From the NCBI GenBank assembly GCA_951406725.2, contig OX597817.1, positions 5,022,001 through 5,086,000 of the forward strand: 64,000 nucleotides of DNA, read 5' to 3'. The position numbers and the translations under genes are program-made. Positions within the stretch are counted from its first letter, which is position 1. Every line of letters begins with the position of its first letter. A model generated the notes under the pieces. The model saw nothing but the letters and a program-made list of their open reading frames with translations. It was not told where the DNA came from and made no database searches. Shown one piece after another: positions 1 through 14,165 of the stretch. This DNA comes from Octopus vulgaris. Taxonomy: Eukaryota.

Positions 1-329
1 GTAGATAAATATAGCTAACTTTTAGTATCTATGTGAGTGAAGAAAAGTAGTTATCTATGAATTTCAGGAGTTTTCTAGTTATGTTCGAGGCTACAATCAT
101 ATTATGGAGGGAATCGTACCAGAATTTTATAGTATACACCCAACGAGATTTAACAAAACAGATCACACATTGTATTCAGTAGCCACACTAACACCAGTAG
201 CAAAGTCGTCATGACAGTAGAGTGTGCTCCTGGATCTTCAACACTTTCTCATCTAGAGATTTTCGTACTATTATCCTTATCTTTCTCATTTCGCCTGTCC
301 TCACTTTGAATGTTGGTATCCTCTATGGT

Positions 330-790
330 CTCTAACCATGATTAGAAATATTGTAAAAATTGAAGTACCCTAGAAATCAATCACGAAAAAGAAGATAGAT
401 CACATGACAGGTCTTGGTTATTGAGATCGGCTTCAGAAGCTCAAACTATTCTGTACAGTGACGCCATAAACACTCATTAGTATGATGAGGCAACATATTC
501 CAAAAGCACTGCCCATATGATGTTGGAATTAGATTTTAAATTCATCCAAGGCTTAGTCGCCGTGTCATCTGTCGAATGACATTGCTCTCTTTAACATCAT
601 GCCAAGACAGATAAGAGAAGAATACGGTATCATAACTTTGAAAAGTTTCTCGGACATATACCTCCAATAAATTCCAGATAAAGCAAATTTGCTAGGATAC
701 AACTTTGCAAACATTAACACTTTGATCGAATAGGCTATGGGGTACCAAAAACTGACAGTAATATAAACCATCATTAAATGTAATTTCACG
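330..790 (-). pseudogene. Possible highly decayed DNA-transposase fragment (piggyBac-like?)
   Basis: Minus ORF 565-789 contains SGIYW...LGMMLKRAMSFDR, loosely like the piggyBac YW...AMSR.RF segment; otherwise broken by stops. Confidence 0.25.
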
Positions 791-850
791 GTGGCGGTAG
801 AGAGGTAGTCACAGACTATATGAATTATGGTAGAAACTTACCTAAATATG

Positions 851-1075
<225 letters not shown>

Positions 1076-1587
1076 ATGATAGCCGTCCCATCAACACACA
1101 ACACACCTACAGCACAATCCGCTCGTTGATGAGCTCTTAGCTGATTTGTAAGACCAGCTGCTGACTGACAAGGTTTAAAACACAAGTGACAGATATTATT
1201 CAATTTCTTCTATATCTTTGCCCTTGGGAATCTGATTCTGAAAGAATGCTTTCATGAGCTATTATATGACCTCGAACCCACAAGAGTCAACAAGAGAAAC
1301 AGAAACAGGCAGAAACAAGGAAAATGCCACTTGTATTTTAACACTATGCAAATATTCTTTTAAAAAACCACTCTTTTAATTTTTCCAAAATTCAATTGTT
1401 TTCCATACTTACAGTTGAAAAGTTTCAATGACTAAGACCGGTACTGAAATGTTCTTTAAAAAATGATTTTAGCATTTTCTATCTTGACATTTTTTCCATA
1501 TATATCAACTCGTGTGTTCCTTTTCAACCTTCTACACACACATACACACACACATGTATATATATATACATATATACATATATATAT

Positions 1588-2030
1588 GGTGACCGCTGCC
1601 GGATCAACATTGTTCCCGTCTGCCGAAAAGGCAATTTTTCCAAACACGCCTGCTAGATAAGTTAAATGTGTCTAAATTTGTCTAAAGTCGTAAGACACCT
1701 GCTGTTATCCTGTTATTACCATTCTTGTTTTTATTTTTATTTTTGTTTTTGTTTTTTTGTATTTATATTCGTGTGGCTTCGTCCGTTTTTCTGTCTTTGT
1801 TTCGTTTACATTCGATCCTTTTTCTAAGAAATTTTTCATTGGGGCTGGCCGTTTCTGAGCAATATTAGGATTAATCAGCCGAAATTTGCTATGATGATCC
1901 GGTTTCTGACTGAAGATTAAAGGCTCCGAATGACCCGTCCGTTTTTTGTGTTCGTCCCTTTGTGTATTTCATGTTCTTGTTTCTTTATATATAATTTTAT
2001 ACCTATATATATAATTTTATACCTATATAT
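1588..2030 (+). mobile_element. Small non-coding element bounded by (TA)n, with T-rich tracts (pLTR-like, family unassigned)
   Basis: (TA)n on both sides, T-rich body like the other Penelope-type mini-elements here, internal complementary segments at 1843-1903. Confidence 0.4.
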
Positions 2031-2061
2031 ATATATATATGCACGGATTTTTTGATGTATG

Positions 2062-2950
2062 CAGGGTATTTGGGGGCTAACTTTTACAATTTACATGAAA
2101 GTAAATGAACAATAATATGCTATCCAAATTAGAATATTTAAAAAATCAAAACCTATCAACCAGATTATGCCGAGGAGGCAACACTATACTCAAGGGAGCC
2201 ACCCTCAGCTTCCGTTGCCACCTCAAGATGGCTCCAGAATCTGGTGCATGTGAACCTCGCTGTGTCCCTGGGAAGATCTGCGAACTCCTTGATCTTGGCC
2301 ATCAATCAGCTCGGCTTTCGTAATGGAGGCAGGGCGGTTCGCGTGTTTGATAACAGACTCATCCCCCTCCATACACACAATAATCCAATGGATTACAATC
2401 AGAAGTATCTGAAGGCCAGAAATCAGGGCTGGCGAAATTTTTTTAATTCTCCGACAACCACTTGTGACACTTTCCCGAACGTTCACTTGGAGTCGAATCC
2501 TGCTGCCACGCATATGGCATTCTGGCAGCCATGGTTTGATCATCACAATTACAAGAAGCTTCATATAGCCGTCTGAATTGAACCTGATGCCCTGTCCACC
2601 AGTTGCTGAATGAATCCTGGCGTGTGTACGCAGTTAGAACCATGCTGAGTTCCTTCCTGCTCATCACAACTTCATAGTCTCGTTTACAGATGTCCATGTC
2701 ATGTCTTGCAACCTTTACTGTGCTCAAAGAACGTTGAGCAGTAGTCGTAACGTCGACATTTTCATAGCCAGAGCAAATCCTCATGATGCACCTGGACAGC
2801 TTCCAGTCCTCATTTGCTAACATTGTCGCAACGACAATCTCTATGCTCTCTAACGCCTTTGGCTGTTCACCGTCGGCTGAAGATTTTGAACGGCCGACGA
2901 ATAGAGTTTCTTCTCCGAGTAGAGTGGTTTTCATTTCTTTGATGAAGCTT
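2062..2950 (-). mobile_element. Decayed Tc1/mariner-superfamily transposon (maT/DD37D-like transposase C-terminus)
   Basis: Minus-strand frames give VMIKPW, PYAWQQDSTPSERSGKCHKWLSEN, SPDFWPSDTSDCNPLDY and TKAEL, matching the QQD.AP.H and WPP.SPD.NPLDY catalytic motifs; frameshifted and stopped. Confidence 0.8.
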
Positions 2951-3273
2951 TTACTAGAATGAAAAATGGTGGTGCAAAGTGCTACAATATTCTTACGTAC
3001 TGAAACTTAAAAATTATAAGAAAGTCACTTATTAAAACTACAGGACAAAAAGGCAAAATCTCAAAATAGTGCTGCTAAATAAGTTTCTGAAATTCTTCAT
3101 CAAATAGTGTGTCGACATATTTGTTTTGCATATCGTTTTGATATTTTATTGCATTTCTTTTTAAATTTAAGTCAATACACTATCTGATGAGCAATTTCAA
3201 AAGTTGTTTCTCGTCCAAATTTTTTAAAACCCCTTCATCTTCATTTCTTCTTAAGTTTTGTTTGGTATTTAGT

Positions 3274-3370
3274 CACTTATCTGGCCTATATCATACTGTT
3301 TTCTTCAGTATACTAACAGTCGACTTATCTGGTCTATATCATACTGCTTTTTCCAGTATACTAACAGTCA
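3274..3370. repeat. Tandem duplication, 2 x ~48 bp
   Basis: acttatctggYctatatcatactgYtttYtYcagtatactaacagtc occurs twice in tandem. Confidence 0.9.
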
Positions 3371-3399
3371 AAATTTGCAGGCTATATGAGAAGCAGAAA

Positions 3400-4700
3400 A
3401 TAATTGCAACCATTGAAGGAATTTTCAGATGATTTTCTTGTAAGTTGATAAAGCTTGTTAACACCGCTTTAATTTCTTCTTCATTTGACACTATCAGTAA
3501 CAGTAAAGAAGCTGAATCTTCCTTGAGGCTTAGGAAAGCCAAATTGTTATTTCTTTTATGTAATTTTTTTCCCATTTCCATAAATACTCCAGAAACTTTT
3601 GCTGTATGAATGTATTTGAAAACAAGTGACCAAGTTGTAGAGAGTAAGGTAAGATACTGAACATGGCAATCTGTGAGTAGTATATTGTTCTATGAAGTTC
3701 TGAATATTTTTCTGGAGAATCTTTATCATAAATAGGGGCTTGATCCACCGAAAATTGCGTATGAACAGGAGGAGCCCCCTTTGTTCATACTATATTTTCC
3801 AAAAATAAAGTCTGGCATTGCCACACATTGCATTTTTTGTGCCAAAGACACTATTCCTTATGGCTTGTAATCGGTGATAAACATGTTCACTAACAACAGC
3901 AACATAAAAAAAAATTAAGAACTTGTTTTGACAATTTGAATATGTATATTTCTATATATAAAATGTGAAGCGTCGAGTGAATTGGCATTTTAGAGAAAAT
4001 AATGGAAATCTAGAACGCAGCAAGGAAGGTCGAAATAAGAAAAAGCATTACAAAGAGTCGAACACCGTATCACACAAGTTCCGGATAAATGCAATGAACT
4101 ATTAAGGTGACCGAGCCTTAACGCCAGGTTACTGTCTTTTATTAAGCTAAATATATTTTAAAAAGAGGAAAATATTGTAATTTCTCAAAATGATCCCTTT
4201 CTTTTCGTCGCACACAACCACACCACTTGTTATGTAGCTAACATTTTTGACGAGGTTTCATCGTTGGACTTCTTTCGAGGACCTCTATACAACTGATGTA
4301 TAGATTCAAAATCAACTTTGGTGGTTACTTAGCATTTTACTCCACTTAAATCCTCATTACTTTTTTCCTTAACTAATATATTTTATTGAGGTTTTCATCA
4401 AAAGAGTCTTTTCAATGAGTATATTTTTCTAAACCCAATTCATCTATACGTTTCTCTTAAAATAACTGAGATATTTTGATTCAAAATCAATCTCTCGCTG
4501 TTTTCGACCTCACATATTTTGACCTTGCAAATTTCAGTTGTTTTATCTCCATATATAGCTTAATACTGGGCCATTATAGCTGAAAAGACGCATTCAATTC
4601 AGTTGAGATCTGGATTAGTGACGAAGCATAGACTTGCTCACGAGTGACTAAAAGTTGACGTCAAACACTGCCGTGGGTGAATGATATGGGTGCGTTAATG
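3400..4700 (-). pseudogene. Very old mariner-like transposase remnant
   Basis: Scattered minus-strand motifs: VVCDEK (~4195-4225), DQAPIY, ILPYSLQL.HLFS and SNEEEIKAVLTSF (3400-3750), in mariner order. Confidence 0.45.
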
Positions 4701-5776
4701 TTTCGAGTATATTGTAGAGAAATCATCTAAAAACGTGAAAAATAATATTAAAAGCTATAAAACCCTGGAACACAGATGGTTTTCGATTCACATTTAAAAG
4801 AAAAATTATTTACCATTAATACACACATGTGTACGCAAGTGAGTTTATATATATGAGTGTGCTTGTATGGTGGTGGTGGTGGTGTATGTATCTGTGTGTG
4901 ACTTCGCCTGTATATGTGACAGATTCTATATATAAGTTTACTTGTGTAAACAGCTGCAACATGTTTTGTTCTTTTAAACAAAATATAGTGTTTTATCCCC
5001 TGAATAAATGAAGATTTATAAGATAAAGTACCATATTCTAATAAGTACAAAGCACAGCATGATCAACTAAAGTCTTTGAAGGCAGTGTCCGCGATCATGG
5101 CAGCAGTGTAATGACTGAAGCCAGCTAAAGTCTGTGTGTATCTGTGTCTTTGAGTCTGCCTGTGTTTGTGTGTGTGTGCGTGTCTGTGTGTCGGTGTGTA
5201 TTGCTCTGTGTATGTGATCTCCGCCCTGCCAATGGCAAAACATTTTACTCTTTACTGGATGTATGTATACACGTAATTATACGAAGAAAATATTCTTGTT
5301 AACTCTTGTAGAAAGCGGAAATTACTGAAGGCACGTCACATGTTTCATTAAATTACAGCAAACAAGACAAATCACGCTGACAGGTTTTGAACGCAGACGG
5401 CAAAGCCATAATTTCATTTCATTATACGATACCCAAATAATCACTGTTTGTGTGCATCACGGTATCTCCCTATCTCCGTCTCTCTCATTCTATCTCCATC
5501 CCCTTTCTCTCTGTCTATTTTTATTTTCATTTTTATATGCATCTTACATACATATAATCTCATACTTAAATGTGGCGCCATTTTTTTTTCTAAACCTCTT
5601 GCTAAAATTCCACCCACGTTTACTGCCACTAAAGATCCTTGCGTTAAAGTGTTTAAAATCGCTGCCCCAACACTTCTGATTATAGCGAAAGTAACGTCAT
5701 TGATATTCTTTTAGTATCATGCCTACGTATTATTTCTCGCCAATAATAATCATAAATATTTGCTTTTAAGAAATAA

Positions 5777-5813
<37 letters not shown>

Positions 5814-6906
5814 AAAAACACACACATACACACACACATATGCACACACACACAACACAACACACACACACAATAATACTGGACGCCATACTCTTGGGCA
5901 CAGATCAACTGATGTTTGGTGTAAAATTTTATTGTTTGACGATCGGGGAAAAAATAAAAAGTAAATGAGTATTTCATGAGTCCTACTAGTGATAGAAGAG
6001 GTGAGGGATGAGTTTAGCATTCGATATGATGCGCAAGATGCTGAATGAATATCCAAGGATAACTATCAGATGTGTTTATGCATATGTTATTTTTGATTTT
6101 GTGTAGTTTTACCCGGATCTGATAAGATATAGCAGATTAAAGAATTTCGAACTCAGTATTTTGGATGTAGTATGACCTGGTCAAATATGTCCTTTACGTT
6201 AAAATTTTGATTGTGCTATCAGAGAAATTTTAATACAGAGGGTATATTTCTAGGAAATGTACCCCCTGTATTGAAACTCTAGGGTTCCGCAGTGTGGTGC
6301 ATATAAGAATACATGGGTAACTAAACGTAAAAATGTTTTCTTTCGCTTAGATTGGTTACACAATAGTAATACTTCCCATGTTTACATAGTAACTATCGAT
6401 TTTATCCTTACGCAATAAGACTACAAACTTGTAGGGTGACCATAAATTTGAACTGTACATGGCATCTATTTATTGGCAAACAGAATGAATCAACATTATA
6501 CATGCATTTTTGTCGGCCATGTAGAAAGGAAATTAACGTTGGTGAAGAGGTACTAATTGTCCACATCTCTGACAGAGTGGTTTAAACATTGTATCTCTAT
6601 GCCTATGAGGAAACAGTTAATATCATATAAATGTGGATATTACACACATGCTTACGTATACGAGTTAAGTGTCTGTTGCTATGTGTAAATGTGAATGTAT
6701 GCTTGCGTGTCTGTGTGTATCTGTACGTGTATGTACCAAAACATTTCTCTCTCTCTCTCTCTCTCACCCTTTCCTCTCTTTATAAACATATATGCGTGTA
6801 TACACAAACACACACACGAACAAATACACGCACACATACGCACAGATACTAACCCATACATACATGCATGTGTACGTATATACTTGCACAGATGCTTTGA
6901 TACAAC

Positions 6907-6949
<43 letters not shown>

Positions 6950-8035
6950 CATATACATACATAGATACAATCATACATACATATATACATGCATGTGTAC
7001 ATACATATATACATGCATAGATACATTCATCCATACGTACACACATACGAGCGTACGTACGTACACCGTGCAAATATGCATAAGCCTGCAGAATGGGTGT
7101 CTACGTGTGATCTACGAGCCAATATTTCTCGCGATTCCTTGACGGCGCGATTTAGTTAGGTCAGCTTAACCGAAACAACGTAACCCGCTCGTTTTGCTAC
7201 TGTGAAAGCAGAGCAGCTGAAATATAATTCTATAAACGTTCTATGAATATTTCGAATATACATCCATCTTTCCTTGCATTGGACTTCCATAAATGAACGG
7301 CCTTTTCTCTAAACATTGACCTTGCTCATCCAAAACCGCCCACGCTTATCTGTCACTTTACATCTACAACTGAAATAAAATATTTTTAATCATATAATAT
7401 ATGAGTGTATTCACACACATGTATAGATACATATACATATATACATAAAGACACGGGCAGACACACTCTCTCACTCACACGCGCACGCATACGCACGTAC
7501 TTACACACACACACACACTCAAATACATACACGCGCATACACTCATGCACACGCACACACATATATCTCGATGGATGGATAGGTTTCTGTAGCGTGTTTT
7601 TATGTGCTTTGGCTTTAAGAATGAGTAAAAAGAAATAATAAAATAATAAATTGATAGATAGAAGGGAAGAATACATATGCATACTTCCATGTATCTGAGT
7701 TTATGTGGACGATATCCACCTCTATGGTTCCCGTGGGGGCGCTTTTTCTGTGTATTTATTTTATTTTATTATTTACTACAATATACTATCCGTGTAAGCA
7801 ACGATTCATGCACCTTAAGTATAATTGTGTACTGACATTCAAAATCACGCAAACTCGCACGCACATGTATGTACGTAAGGGCTTAAATATTTTATTTAGC
7901 TGAAGGTTCCAAGTGTCACAAAAAGAACTAACATTTTTGGGCACTGCGCTTTGATAAATACCACCCATGAGCCTCTCCGCGATTGAACCATTTTTCTCAT
8001 TCTAAGTCGATTAAAGATAATGAATATATATATAT

Positions 8036-8441
8036 GCAGGAGTGGCTGTGTGGTAAGTAGCTTGCTAACCAACCACATGGTTCCGGGTTCAGTCCCACTG
8101 CGTGGCATCTTGGGCAAGTGTCTTCTGCTATAGCCCCGGGCCGACCAATGCCTTGTGAGTGGATTTGGTAGACGGAAACTGAAAGAAGCCTGTCGTATAT
8201 ATGTATGTATATAAGTGTGTGTGTATATGTTTGTGTGTCTGTGATTGTCCCCCTAGCATTGCTTGACAACCGATGCTGGTGTGTTTGCGTCCCCGTCACT
8301 TAGCGGTTCGGCAAAAGAGACCGATATAATAAGTACTGGGCTTACAAAGAATAAGTCCCGGGGTCGATTTGCTCGACTAAAGGCGGTGCTCCAGCATGGC
8401 CGCAGTCAAATGACTGAAACAAGTAAAAGAGTAAAAGAGTA
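8036..8441 (+). mobile_element. SINE family A (tRNA-like head, CORE-like cttgggcaagt, internal (TA/TG)n, (GTAAAAGA)n tail)
   Basis: A-box tggctgtgtggtaag and B-box ggttcagtccc; several homologous copies in this window. Confidence 0.9.
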
Positions 8442-9041
8442 TATTCATGTATCGAATTATATTTCACTAGTCTGTGTTTGTGTGTGTGTATGCGCGCGCG
8501 TGTGTCTATCTGTCTGTGTCTCTCTATCTGTGTTAATATCGAACAGTGAGAAGGTGTGAACAACATCACGTAGGTGGATAAGTATACTTTGTTTCTGGGT
8601 TAAAACTGAAACCATCGGTTTCATGCCGAAAGAAATCTTTCGACAATTATCAAACCTTCCACATGGGATATTGGTACTTGTTTCTCTCTTGGGTGAGAAA
8701 TTACACGTTGACACGATTTAGGGATAAAGATACAGATCATGGGAGGTAACTTATAAGAAAATCATATTTGCTGTGTCCCTTGGAATAATTGTAAGGACTT
8801 GCTTTAATTTGAATTGATTAAATGGTTAATTGTATCATGTGAGCGGAGTCGTGTACGTCCAGATTGATAAATACAGATACTAGTACACACGCATGCGAAC
8901 ATCTATACAAAATATAGAGGAGATCAAGAATTTCCGGAAAGGATGGGAATGAAATCAATCAGGATGTGTGTAAGGACCGCACTAGTTAATGGACGCTGTA
9001 GTATATTCCATGGCGCGGTAGTATTAAAATACTCCGGAATA

Positions 9042-9108
<67 letters not shown>

Positions 9109-9109
9109 T

Positions 9110-9732
<623 letters not shown>

Positions 9733-9735
9733 AAG

Positions 9736-9766
<31 letters not shown>

Positions 9767-9799
9767 GCAACAACAACAAAGACAATAAAAATTACGCAA

Positions 9800-10630
9800 G
9801 AAGAGACTACACAATTAATTCCATGTAGCTACAACAGACGTTGCTGGAAAAAACGGGATTGGCTGATGAAAAGAACACTGAAAAAAGAAACCGAGAGCAC
9901 TATACTGGCCGCACATAATCATGCTTTGGCGACGAACTGTAGTGTCAACTTAAGGAATGGGCAAGCGTCTCCGCTGTACTGCATCTGCAATAGAGTGGAT
10001 AAAACCATTGTCCATATCACGGACGAATGCCATAGACTTGCCCAAAACCACAACAACATCTAGCAAAATGACCAGGTAGCGAAAGTGCTACATTCGAAGC
10101 TGTGCAAAATTGGGGCTAGAGAGAGGCAAGACGTGGTATGACCACAAACCACAGAGTTGCGGACTCGGAAACTAGCAAAATCCTCTGGGATTTCCCAATC
10201 GAAACAGATCAGGTGCTAAAGCATAACAGATCGGACCTATTGGTGGTGGACAAGGTGCACCGCATATGCTATATAGTTGATGTTGCATGCCCCTTTGACC
10301 CACGAATAGTCAAGAAGGAAGGCGAAAAGATAGATAGATACAATCCTCTTAAGTACGAAATAGCCTGACCCTGATAAATGAAGAAGTGCTACTTATTTTT
10401 GGGTCCTCGTGAAGAGTATAAGAAGGCATCAAGAGGAATATAAACGAAATTGGAATAGAGTGCCCAGTAAAACTGTTAGAAAAGATTTGGCTCCTTGGCA
10501 CGGCCAGGATAACAAGAAAGTATTAAATAGCTGACAACGGCGAATAGCATGATACCGTAGGCTGCATGTAGTAAGACTGATACGCATTCAAAATTCAAGG
10601 AGCTCCAACAAAAAGGTATACATTCAAAAG
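9800..10630 (+). mobile_element. R4/Dong-clade non-LTR retrotransposon fragment: CCHC knuckle + restriction-like endonuclease
   Basis: LKKETESTILAA, C..C....TIVHITDECHRLA, KILWDFPIETDQVLKHNRSDLLVVDK...IVDVACP...KEGEKIDRY; frameshifted; next to (TAA)n(GAA)n. Confidence 0.88.
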
Positions 10631-10639
10631 CCGCCAAGA

Positions 10640-11110
10640 AAAAGTCAGCCATTTGTTGTTCATGGATGACCTAAAATGTTAAAGCTGAAGCCCAAATCAG
10701 TTCTCTCGTTGATACTGTGTATACTTTCAGTGTTGATATCAGAATGGAGTTCGAACTGAGAAAGTGTTGTGTTAGACTTGAAGATTGGCAAAATCAAATG
10801 AATGGACGGGCTATCGATACCGCCGGGGGACGTTATGAAGCATATAGTAGAGACGGGCTATAAGTACTTGGGGATTTTGGAAATGGATACATTGATGGAG
10901 AAAGAAATGACAAAAAAATATAAGTTAGAGTACATGCGCAGACTGAGACTGATCCTAAAGTCGAAATTAAACGGACGGAATAAGATAGAAGCTATCAACA
11001 CCTGGAGCAGGGGTAATCGCATTGACAGTAGACGAACTAAATAGCTTAGACAGAAATACAAAGGAAGTTGCTAACTAGATATGGGACACACCTAACAAAT
11101 TAAGAAACTA
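10640..11110 (+). mobile_element. R4/Dong-clade RT fragment (motifs 5-7 and thumb)
   Basis: SHLLFMDDLK, DIRMEF, GYKYLGILE, EYMRRLRLILKSKLNGRNKIEAINTW. Confidence 0.88.
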
Positions 11111-11149
11111 GGAATCATCATGGAGGTGACTCAACAATAGATAGGTAGG

Positions 11150-11190
<41 letters not shown>

Positions 11191-11378
11191 GGATAGATAG
11201 ATAGATAGATAGATAGATAAATAGAGCGATAGATAGATAAATAGAGCGATAGATAGAGGGAGAGAGGGTGGGTGGGGGAGAGAAAGTGAAGTGTGCACCC
11301 CGGGGCAAAGCAAGGTGAACAAAATAGTACACGGAAGCTAAAATTTGATTAAAATACTATTTTATGGAAGCTGAAAAA

Positions 11379-11425
11379 TATCTCAAACTTTTATTAGAGT
11401 TTCACGTAACCGCTCGTCAGAGAAT
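11379..11425 (-). ncRNA. Hammerhead-like motif, decayed stem I
   Basis: Minus strand: attct-CTGACGA-gcg gtta cgt-GAAA-ct ctaataaa ag-TT-tgagat. Confidence 0.55.
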
Positions 11426-11791
11426 CGTGAGTATTCAGAATGATGCAACAGTGAATATGTGTTTAAAAATATTCATGATCACTGGCTTACCAAATACTCA
11501 TTTAAATCTCATTGGTTAAATACTTTTTAAAATAACGGGAATTAGTTGGATAAAATTGAATGACTGTAACGGAAAAATATATACACATTAACATGAGTGG
11601 AATATAAGTTAAGAAAGCTAAAATGTTGAAAACTGAAAACTCGTAGAAACGGGTATGAAAAAGGCATAGAAAAAGAAAACCTTATCAGAAATAAAATGTT
11701 TCAAGTATCTAGACTGTAAATATGACTTGAAAATTTAAATTAAAGTAAAGGCAAAATGATTAGCAGAGAAAAAAAAATGAATAATATATTA

Positions 11792-12191
11792 GACTAGCAG
11801 TATCGCCCGGCGTTGCTCGGGTTTGTAAGGGAAATAACTATATAAGCATTTTTAGAGAGTTATAGCCAAACAATAGCAAAAATATGCATTAAAAATGGAA
11901 AAAAATTGATGGTAATTTTTTTTTAAATCGTTGACTCATCGTAGACATTTTTAAAGAGTTACTTCCCTTCTATAATAGCGAAAAAATGCATTAAAATGGA
12001 AAAAAATGATGGTAAATTATTTTTTAGATCGTAGACTCATCGTAGACGCGCGCTAATACCCAGAAGGGCTCGATATGAATCACGACTACAAGATACCCGG
12101 TTTTGGTTAAACTGCACCGCAAAATGTGGGAGTAGTTAGGAATCTAAATCGTAGGAGACAGACACACAACTTCACTTTTATATATAACGAT
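11792..12191 (-). mobile_element. Non-autonomous Helitron
   Basis: Minus strand starts A|TC and ends with hairpin cccg-agcaacgc-cggg about 10 nt before CTAG|T; the same terminal block occurs at 55461 and 55843. Confidence 0.8.
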
Positions 12192-12245
12192 ATGCGGATA
12201 CTAAAAGAGGAAGGCAAAGAGAGAGACAAAGCCAGAGACTGATAT

Positions 12246-12440
12246 TAAGTTAGTTAGTTAGTTAATTTTTGGCTCAAAAGCAAATAGCAAGGCCATGTAG
12301 GGGTACATGGAGTTAAGTACAGGGTGGTGTTCATGTAAAGAGTTCAGGCCACTTGAGGTCAAGGGAGACTTTGAACAAAGCGGTCGTCGGCATCTTCACC
12401 ATCTCGTCTGGCAGCTTGTTCCACGGATCCGCAACCCTGT
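12246..12440 (-). mobile_element. CR1-type LINE 3' end
   Basis: RVADPWNKLPDEMVKMPTTALFKVSLDLKW...stop, short 3' UTR, (CTAA)n tail. Confidence 0.8.
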
Positions 12441-13041
12441 CTTTAAACATGTGTACATGTGAGATGGAACATCAATCTATCTTCAAATAAGTTAAGGGAA
12501 TAAGTGGCAGCAAATAGCATAAGTATAACAGAAAGAACACACTTCGAACAGAGAGTCACAGTCAAAAAAAAGCTGATCAAAAGAACGACTAACAAAATAC
12601 AAAATATATAAATGTAATACATAAAATGTATATCGCAAAATTTCTAAAGAAAACAAATGTGTTAATAGGAACAAATGTGTATGTGAAGAATATGCAGTGC
12701 CAGAAAATGATGTAAACAAAAATGTATATAGTTATTGATATATTAAACACATGAGCATATTTTTTTTTTAAATGGTCAAAACCAATACGATCTAGTGGGC
12801 TTAGTTCCAAATATTCATGCATATAACAGTAGTGTATATTTATATACATACATAGAAACCGATATATACGGATACCTATATGCATACAACAACATTCCTA
12901 CATATACCGACACAGGGATGCACACATATACACATGAATATATATGATATATATACACACATATACATATATTGCATATACGCACAGATACTCATGCATG
13001 TAAAGAAAGTGACATTTTCTATAGACTCGTAAATATTAACC

Positions 13042-13433
13042 AGGTGGAGGCGCAATGGCCCAGTGGTTAGGGCAGCGGACTCGCGGTCATAGGATCGTGG
13101 TTTCGATTCCCAGACCGGGCGTTGTGAGTGTTTATTGAGCGAAAACACCTAAAAGCTCCACGAGGGTCCGGCAGGGGATAGTGGCGATCCCTGCTGTACT
13201 CTTTCACCACAACTTTCTCTCACTCTTACTTCCTGTTTCCGTTGTACCTGTATTTCCAGGGGCCGGCCTTGTCACTCTCTGTGTCACGCTGAATATCCCC
13301 GAGAACTACGTTAAGGGTGCATGTGTCTGTGGAGTGCTCAGCCACTTACACGTTAATTTCACGAGCAGGCTGTTCCGTTGATTCGGATCAACCGGAACCC
13401 TCATCGTCGTAACCGACGGAGAGCTTCCACAAT
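13042..13433 (+). mobile_element. SINE family D (tRNA-derived head)
   Basis: Head ggaggcgcaatggcccagtggttagg...gtttcgattccc; TSD tattaacc at 13034-13041 and 13434-13441; copies at 38142 and 58938. Confidence 0.92.
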
Positions 13434-13831
13434 TATTAACCCTGGCAAATCAGAGGCGCAGGATGTGTTCGAATCGTGTTTGTGATAGAACTTCAGATGT
13501 GTAGTTCAGTAGTTCTCAACCAGGCTCCATATGCGCAATGCGGGTCCACGCAAACGAAATAGTATACTGGGGACCCGCAGTGGTATATAAAGGGTCACTG
13601 AAACGCTTTGCTTTAGATGTATTTGTAGCTAGAAACAACTAGGCATCTTTATCTAATGTATTACATACTTTAACTTACAGAACATAATGTCTGAAATGCA
13701 AAATAGACATTTTAGAAGAAGCATCTACAAAACTAGTTTTTACACGTCGAATGGCTATAGGGGTACCCTAGAATAAAACAGTACTCAGAGGAGTACATAA
13801 GCAAAAAATGGCTGATAATAATTTGTTTAGT

Positions 13832-14165
13832 GAAGGTGCATGGCTCACTGGTTAGAGCGTCGAGCTTACGATCGTGAGGTTGTGAGTTCGAATCCCGGGC
13901 CGGGCTGCGTGTTGTGTTCTTGAGCAAGACAGTTTATTTCACGTTGCTCCAGTTCACTCAGCTGTAGAAATGCGTTGCGACGTCACAGGTGCCAAGCTGT
14001 ATCGGCCCCTTTGTCTTTCCCTTGGATAACACTGGTGGCGTGGAGAGGAGAGGCCAGTATACATCGGTGACTGCTGGTCTTCCATATACAACCTTGCCCG
14101 GATTTGTACCTGGGAGGATAACTTTCTAGGTGCAATCCCACGACCAGTCATGGCCGAAGGGGGTC
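13832..14165 (+). mobile_element. SINE family E (tRNA-derived head)
   Basis: A-box tggctcactggttagagc, B-box gagttcgaatccc, then gttgtgttcttgagcaagaca conserved-domain-like motif. Confidence 0.85.

Noticed and set aside
2244-2576. 110-aa + strand ORF as a host gene
   Set aside because: Antisense to the decayed transposase.
13042-13110. tRNA genes at SINE heads (also 8036, 13832, 38142)
   Set aside because: No complete acceptor stem; they continue into SINE bodies, with TSDs in family D.
13507-13790. hAT/Charlie-like MITE starting cagtagttctcaacc
   Set aside because: No matching second TIR or 8-bp TSD found.
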